NCBI GenBank assembly: GCA_038522375.1
Contig: JBCBKE010000004.1
Location: forward strand, 4,310-68,309
Source: Pseudomonadota bacterium
Lineage (GTDB): Bacteria > Pseudomonadota > Alphaproteobacteria > Caulobacterales > Hyphomonadaceae
Reading direction: 5' to 3'
DNA: 64,000 nucleotides
A model generated the notes under the pieces. It saw only the letters and a list, made by a program, of their open reading frames with translations. It had not been told where the DNA came from and ran no database searches. Numbering within the stretch: position 1 is the first letter of the stretch; each line of letters opens with the position of its first letter. The position numbers and the translations under genes were made by a program. Of the stretch, positions 59,302 to 64,000 are shown piece after piece.

Positions 59302-60714
59302 ATGGCTGACTTCGACCTCATCGTCATCGGCTCCGGCCCCGGCGGGTATGTCGCTGCCATCCGCGCGACACAGCTCGGCATGAAGACGGCCATTGTCGAG
59401 AAGGAAAGCCTGGGCGGGGTGTGCCTCAACTGGGGTTGTATCCCCACCAAGGCGCTGCTGCGGTCTGCCGAAGTCATGCACCTGGCCAAACACGCCACCG
59501 ATTTCGGCCTCAAGCCCCTGAAGCCGGAAGCGGACCTTCCTGGGATGGTGAAGCGCTCCCGCGGGGTGGCGGCCCAGCTGTCGGGCGGGGTCAAGCACCT
59601 CATGAAGAAAAACAAGATCACCGTGATCGAGGGCACCGCCCGCCTCGAAAAAGGGAGCCCTGCGCCAAAGGTTATTGTCGCGGACAAGGACGGGAAAGAC
59701 ACGCCCTTCACGGCGGGGCACGTGATCCTGGCCACCGGCGCGCGGGCGCGCTCGATCCCGAAAGCCGGCCTCGAGCCCGACGGAAAGCTGATCTGGACCT
59801 ATCGCGAGGCCATGGTGCCCGATGTGTTGCCCAAGCGCCTTCTTGTCATCGGGTCCGGCGCCATCGGTATCGAGTTTGCGAGCTTTTACAATGAGATCGG
59901 GTCTGAGGTGACAGTGGTGGAGATGGTGGACCGGATCCTACCCGTGGAAGACGCCGAAATCTCGAAGATGGCGGAGAAATCCTTCAGGAAACAGGGGATC
60001 ACGATCCACACCGGCGCCGGGGTCAAGGGGCTGGAAACAGGCAAGAGCACGGTCGCTGCCGCTATCGAGATGGCGAATGGCGAAGTCGAGATGGCCGAGT
60101 TCGACAGGGTCATCCTCGCCATCGGTATTGTCGGCAATGTGGAGGGTCTGGGCCTCGAAGCACTCGGTGTGCCGGTGGAGAAGACACACGTCATTGTCGA
60201 CGGATTTGGGCGGACAGGTGTTCCGGGGCTCTATGCAATTGGGGACCTGACAGGCCCGCCATGGCTGGCGCACAAGGCGTCCCATGAGGGGGTCACGTGC
60301 GTCGAGGGAATCGCCGGGGCGAACCAGGCCCATCCCTTCGACGCCTCCAATGTGCCGGGCTGCACCTATGCGCACCCCCAGGTCGCGAGTGTGGGGCTCA
60401 CCGAGGCCGCTGCGAAAGAGGCAGGCCATGAGGTGAAGGTCGGGCGGTTCCCATTCATCGGTAACGGCAAGGCGATTGCCCTGGGCGCCGGTGACGGCAT
60501 GGTGAAGACCATCTTCGACGCGACGACCGGCGAGCTGCTCGGCGCGCACATGATCGGCGCCGAGGTCACCGAGCTGATCCAGGGCTATGTCATCGCCCGG
60601 CAAGGCGAGCTGACGGAAGCGGACCTGATGCACACCATCTTCCCCCATCCAACCCTCAGCGAGATGATGCATGAGAGCGTCCTGGATGCCTATGGACAGG
60701 TCATCCATATGTAG
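59302..60714 (+). CDS. lpdA: dihydrolipoyl dehydrogenase (E3)
   Basis: Contains GSGPGGYVAAIRA and the redox-active ..GGVCLNWGCIPTKALL.. motif, plus the C-terminal ..HPTLSE... Confidence 0.96.
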   Translation: MADFDLIVIGSGPGGYVAAIRATQLGMKTAIVEKESLGGVCLNWGCIPTKALLRSAEVMHLAKHATDFGLKPLKPEADLPGMVKRSRGVAAQLSGGVKHLMKKNKITVIEGTARLEKGSPAPKVIVADKDGKDTPFTAGHVILATGARARSIPKAGLEPDGKLIWTYREAMVPDVLPKRLLVIGSGAIGIEFASFYNEIGSEVTVVEMVDRILPVEDAEISKMAEKSFRKQGITIHTGAGVKGLETGKSTVAAAIEMANGEVEMAEFDRVILAIGIVGNVEGLGLEALGVPVEKTHVIVDGFGRTGVPGLYAIGDLTGPPWLAHKASHEGVTCVEGIAGANQAHPFDASNVPGCTYAHPQVASVGLTEAAAKEAGHEVKVGRFPFIGNGKAIALGAGDGMVKTIFDATTGELLGAHMIGAEVTELIQGYVIARQGELTEADLMHTIFPHPTLSEMMHESVLDAYGQVIHM

Positions 60715-60732
60715 GCCGATGGGGGAGGGCGA

Positions 60733-61500
60733 GTGTTGGAACCTTATTTGAAACTGGATGGTACCCGCGTGATCGCCCATGCGAACGGGGCGGGGCCCTG
60801 GGATCCGTCGATGCTCCATGGCGGGGTACCGGCAGCGCTCATTGCCCATATCGTGGACAACCTGCCGACCTCAGTATCGATGCGGATTACCCGGCTCACA
60901 GTGGACCTGCAAAGGCCTGTCCCGGTCGGCGTCCTTGATCTCGATGCAAGGGTGACCCGCGAAGGCCGGAATATACAGACCAGTGAAGTGACCCTCTCGG
61001 CTGGTGGGAAGGTCGTGGTGCGTGGATCTGCCCTGAAGATCAGGGAGGCAACCGATCTCCAGCCCGGAGGAACAGGCTTGCCCGCCATAAAGGGCGTGCC
61101 CCCAGTGGCGACACCGAACGATCTGGTCAGTGTTGGTTTCAACGAAACCGTGGAATGGCGCGATGGTCATCCTGAGGACAAAGGACGCGCCAACCGGGCC
61201 GTGTGGTGCCATATCGAGCGGCCTTTTTTCGCCGACAAGCCGACTACCCCACTCATGCGCGCCGCAGTGACGGGCGATTATTGCAACGGCTTCGGCTCCG
61301 GGCTCGATTTCAATGTGTGGACCTATATCAACGCAGACCTGACCCTGCACTTTGCGCGCGCCCCGGTGGGGGAGTGGATGATGCTGGCGGCCGATTGCAT
61401 GATCGGGCCAGAAGGCCGCGCCATCGCTTTCGGCGAGCTGGCCGATGAGGCAGGGTTTTTCGGGCGGGCCACGCAATCGCTGGTGATAGCGCGCCGTTAG
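60733..61500 (+). CDS. thioesterase-like (double hot-dog, TesB-like) family protein
   Basis: 255-aa protein with ...GPWDPSMLHGGVPAALIA... and ...REGRNIQTSEVTL.... Assignment is by motif resemblance only. Confidence 0.6.
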   Translation: MLEPYLKLDGTRVIAHANGAGPWDPSMLHGGVPAALIAHIVDNLPTSVSMRITRLTVDLQRPVPVGVLDLDARVTREGRNIQTSEVTLSAGGKVVVRGSALKIREATDLQPGGTGLPAIKGVPPVATPNDLVSVGFNETVEWRDGHPEDKGRANRAVWCHIERPFFADKPTTPLMRAAVTGDYCNGFGSGLDFNVWTYINADLTLHFARAPVGEWMMLAADCMIGPEGRAIAFGELADEAGFFGRATQSLVIARR

Positions 61501-61510
61501 CCTGTGGGCC

Positions 61511-62842
61511 TCAGTGCAGCTTCAGCTTTGGCCGGGTGATCTGGTTCACATGACCGGTGACGATCATGCCGAGGCCGCGGAACCAGCCATGGATCGCAAG
61601 CAAGTGTAGCCGGTAGAGCGAGACGTAAAAGAACCGGGCAAGGCGACCCTCCACGGCCATGCGGCCGCCGACCAGGTTGCCCATGAGCGAGCCCACGGTA
61701 GCGAACCGGCTGAGCGAGACCAGCGATCCATGGTCTTCATAGGTGAAGGTCTTGAGTGACTTCCTGGTGATCATGGCCGCAATATTATCGAACACGGTTT
61801 CAGCCATCTGGTGGGCGGTCTGCGCCCGCGGCGGAACGGGGCGTTCGGCGCCTTGTGGTGTGAACGCGGCGCAATCGCCAAGGGCAAAGATGTTGTCATC
61901 GCGGGTGGTCTGGAGTGTGGGGCGAACAACGAGCTGGTTGTTGCGGTTGGTCTCAAGCCCGGCAAGATCCTTCAGGAATGCCGGTGCTTTCACACCGGCG
62001 GCCCAGACACGCAAGTTGGTTGGAAACACGCGGCCATCCTTGATGCGGATAGCGTCCTCGCCGACGGACTCGACGACCGCGCCCGTGACAACTTCGACCC
62101 CCAATGCTTCCAACTCTTCATGGGCGGCTTCGGCGAGCTTCTCCGGCAGGGCCGGCAGGATCCGGGGGCCAGCCTCGATCAGGGAGACCTTCAGGCGCGA
62201 CTCATCGAAGACCTCCAGACCGTAATAGCGAAGCGCAGCAGCAGCGTTGTAGAGCTCGGCGGCCAGTTCCACGCCGGTGGCGCCGGCGCCGACAATGCCC
62301 ACCCGGACATACTCATCGGCGTCGGGGTTCACGGACATGCGCCGCGAGCAGCGCAGGCATTGGTTCAGGAGGCGGGACCGGAACGCGTCGGCGTCCTTTC
62401 GGCTTTCGAGCGACAGGCAATGTTCGCGAACACCGGGAATGCCGAAATCATTGGCCACTGAGCCCACCGCGATCACGAGGTAGTCGTAGCGGATACGGTG
62501 TTCGCCAATCAGTTCGTTGCCATCATCGTCAATCAGAGGCGCGACGACCACGTGGCCCGTGTCCCGGTCGATATCCTGCAGCGTCCCCTGGAAATAGCGA
62601 TAGCCCCAGCGATGGGCATGGGCGCCGTAGCCGACCTCATCAAGATTGGCATCCAGGGAGCCGGCGGCAACCTCATGCAGGAGCGGTTTCCAGATGTGGG
62701 TGCGGTTCTGCTCAAGCAGAATGATATCATAGTCCCGGCGGTCGTATTTTGCGCCGAGCTTGGCGACGAGCTCCAGTCCGCCCGCGCCGCCGCCAACCAC
62801 CACAATCTGGGTCTTCGGTTTCTTCTGCGGGACCGCCATCAA
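61511..62842 (-). CDS. ndh: type II NADH dehydrogenase (NAD(P)/FAD-dependent oxidoreductase)
   Basis: Two dinucleotide-binding motifs (VVVGGGAGGLE and IVGAGATGVELAAEL), plus ...IWKPLLHEVAAGSL.... Confidence 0.88.
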   Translation of the reverse strand: MMAVPQKKPKTQIVVVGGGAGGLELVAKLGAKYDRRDYDIILLEQNRTHIWKPLLHEVAAGSLDANLDEVGYGAHAHRWGYRYFQGTLQDIDRDTGHVVVAPLIDDDGNELIGEHRIRYDYLVIAVGSVANDFGIPGVREHCLSLESRKDADAFRSRLLNQCLRCSRRMSVNPDADEYVRVGIVGAGATGVELAAELYNAAAALRYYGLEVFDESRLKVSLIEAGPRILPALPEKLAEAAHEELEALGVEVVTGAVVESVGEDAIRIKDGRVFPTNLRVWAAGVKAPAFLKDLAGLETNRNNQLVVRPTLQTTRDDNIFALGDCAAFTPQGAERPVPPRAQTAHQMAETVFDNIAAMITRKSLKTFTYEDHGSLVSLSRFATVGSLMGNLVGGRMAVEGRLARFFYVSLYRLHLLAIHGWFRGLGMIVTGHVNQITRPKLKLH

Positions 62843-63048
62843 TAGTTGCGGAAGGCCGATCGGGTCTGGTCCTGGTCTGACAGCGAGGCGACAAGCTCGC
62901 GTCCCGCCGCGGTCACCGCGCCGGTCTCGTCAATCCAGCCCCGTGACCGGGCCGTGTCTTCCGGTGTGGCCTGATCGGTGGCGTCGGCCAATTGGCTGGC
63001 GAAGGAAATCACGATGGCCTTGTCGGCATCGGGGGGCGTATCGGTCAT
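62839..63048 (-). CDS. hypothetical small acidic protein (69 aa)
   Basis: The 92-aa ORF was trimmed to Met-24 (MTDTPPDADKAIV...). Its stop overlaps the ndh start (TGATG). No family recognised. Confidence 0.4.
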   Translation of the reverse strand: MTDTPPDADKAIVISFASQLADATDQATPEDTARSRGWIDETGAVTAAGRELVASLSDQDQTRSAFRNY

Positions 63049-63164
63049 GGGGGCCTCATTGGTCGCTGACTTTACTACTCGCCGTCGGTAGATAGGGCAA
63101 ACCGGCGCAGCGCACACGCCGCCGGGGGATTTGCAAGCAGCCTTTCGACAGGCATAATTTTCCG

Positions 63165-63605
63165 ATGGCGACGTCAGAAAACAATACGCAGCCGACGAAC
63201 ACCGACCCGCGAGCCTTTATCGAGGCGGTGGAGCATCCGGTTCGCCGGAAAGATGGGCTGGTCCTGCTGGATCTGTTCAGACGGGCGACAGCGCTGGAGC
63301 CCGTCATGTGGGGGCCCTCCATCATTGGTTTCGGGGGATACGCCTACAAGTACGAGAGCGGTCGTGAGGGCACGTCGATGTTGACCGGCTTTTCACCGCG
63401 GAAGGCGAACCTCGTACTCTATATCATGCCCGGCTATCGCGACGGCGATATGGCCGGATTGCTCTCCCGTCTCGGCAAACACAGGGCCTCAAAGGCTTGT
63501 CTCTATATCAATAAACTCGCCGATGTGGATGAAACCGTTCTGGAAGAGATCATTATTGACGGGCTGCGTTACATGCGACGGCACTATGAGACGTGGGATG
63601 CGTAG
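63165..63605 (+). CDS. DUF1801 (YdhG-like) domain-containing protein
   Basis: 146-aa protein with ...PVMWGPSIIGFGGYAYKYESGREG..., ...KANLVLYI... and ...KACLYINKLADVD.... Confidence 0.75.
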   Translation: MATSENNTQPTNTDPRAFIEAVEHPVRRKDGLVLLDLFRRATALEPVMWGPSIIGFGGYAYKYESGREGTSMLTGFSPRKANLVLYIMPGYRDGDMAGLLSRLGKHRASKACLYINKLADVDETVLEEIIIDGLRYMRRHYETWDA

Positions 63606-63608
63606 GCG

Positions 63609-63818
63609 GTGAAGTGGGTCGGTCGCGGGTTGGCGGGCTTGTTTTTTGCGGCCCTGCTCGTTTACGGGGCCAGCCGCTTCCTGGCTGCATCCGAACTGCG
63701 CGCGGCAATGGCCGATGCGGAGCGGGCCTGTGATGGCCGCGGCGGGGTGCAGGAGTTTGAAGTTGAAGACAGCGGCGCATTGCGGGCCTATTGTGCCGAT
63801 GGCACCGCCATATCTTGA
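63609..63818 (+). CDS. hypothetical small exported/membrane-anchored protein (69 aa, two Cys)
   Basis: GTG start 3 nt after the DUF1801 stop. The N-terminal hydrophobic segment is GLAGLFFAALLVYGA. Confidence 0.4.
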   Translation: MKWVGRGLAGLFFAALLVYGASRFLAASELRAAMADAERACDGRGGVQEFEVEDSGALRAYCADGTAIS

Positions 63819-63829
63819 GGGGAAATGCC

Positions 63830-64000
63830 ATGACAGTGACCATGCCTGAACGCGGCCGGAACTGGGACACCATCCGGGACGAGATGATGCAGCGCGGGGC
63901 GGGCGACGCCAAATGGCGAGACGGCAAGACGGCCGTCTATGTCTTCAATGCCGGCGAGGACGTTGCGCAGGTGCAGAAGGACGCCTACGCCGCCTTCATG
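63830..64000 (+). CDS. PLP-dependent decarboxylase-like protein, N-terminal fragment (runs off the 3' edge)
   Basis: My own translation is MTVTMPERGRNWDTIRDEMMQRGAGDAKWRDGKTAVYVFNAGEDVAQVQKDAYAAFM. It resembles the N-terminus of bacterial sphingosine-1-phosphate-lyase/glutamate-decarboxylase-like proteins. Only 57 codons are visible. Confidence 0.5.
   Translation, partial: MTVTMPERGRNWDTIRDEMMQRGAGDAKWRDGKTAVYVFNAGEDVAQVQKDAYAAFM

Noticed and set aside
1-64000. Mobile elements, prophage remnants, CRISPR arrays and rRNA/tRNA genes.
   Set aside because: I recognised no transposase, integrase or phage-like ORF in any frame, and no array of short direct repeats with spacers. All intergenic gaps are 170 nt or shorter and lack RNA-gene hallmarks.

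Overview
This is a high-GC (about 62%) alphaproteobacterial chromosomal segment made almost entirely of core housekeeping genes, nearly all on the + strand. In order it carries: the distal part of the complex I operon (nuoD fragment, then nuoE-F-G-H-I-J-K-L-M-N); birA-coaX-rnj; mce plus a DUF1467 gene; a DUF1214/DUF1254 pair; proS; lolCE-like/lolD; dnaE; rpsB-tsf-pyrH-frr-uppS-cdsA-dxr-rseP-bamA-skp; the lipid A genes lpxD-lpxA-lpxI-lpxB; gltA and gltX on the - strand; comEC; xseA (-); purD; and the cluster ftsB-pdhA-pdhB-pdhC-lpdA, followed by ndh (-). I found no rRNA, tRNA, CRISPR array, transposase or integrase, and no convincing multi-gene novel system. The unusual content is small genes wedged, often with overlapping stop and start codons, into otherwise canonical operons. 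Examples are a lower-GC Cys-Ser-Cys (TIMP/NTR-like) secreted protein between nuoF and nuoG, and a VOC protein and a 63-aa membrane peptide in nuoD-E-F. The pdh cluster holds DUF3291, MAPEG and Uma2 genes plus two tiny ORFs. The best candidate for new biology is a stand-alone tandem TIR-domain protein (52.26-53.16 kb) with no recognisable partner gene. Just downstream of it is an AT-rich regulatory region upstream of ftsB. That region packs four GANTC sites, a perfect GTTC-N7-GTTC repeat and a CtrA-like box. All functional calls rest on my reading of the translated ORFs and on gene order. No database search was run.
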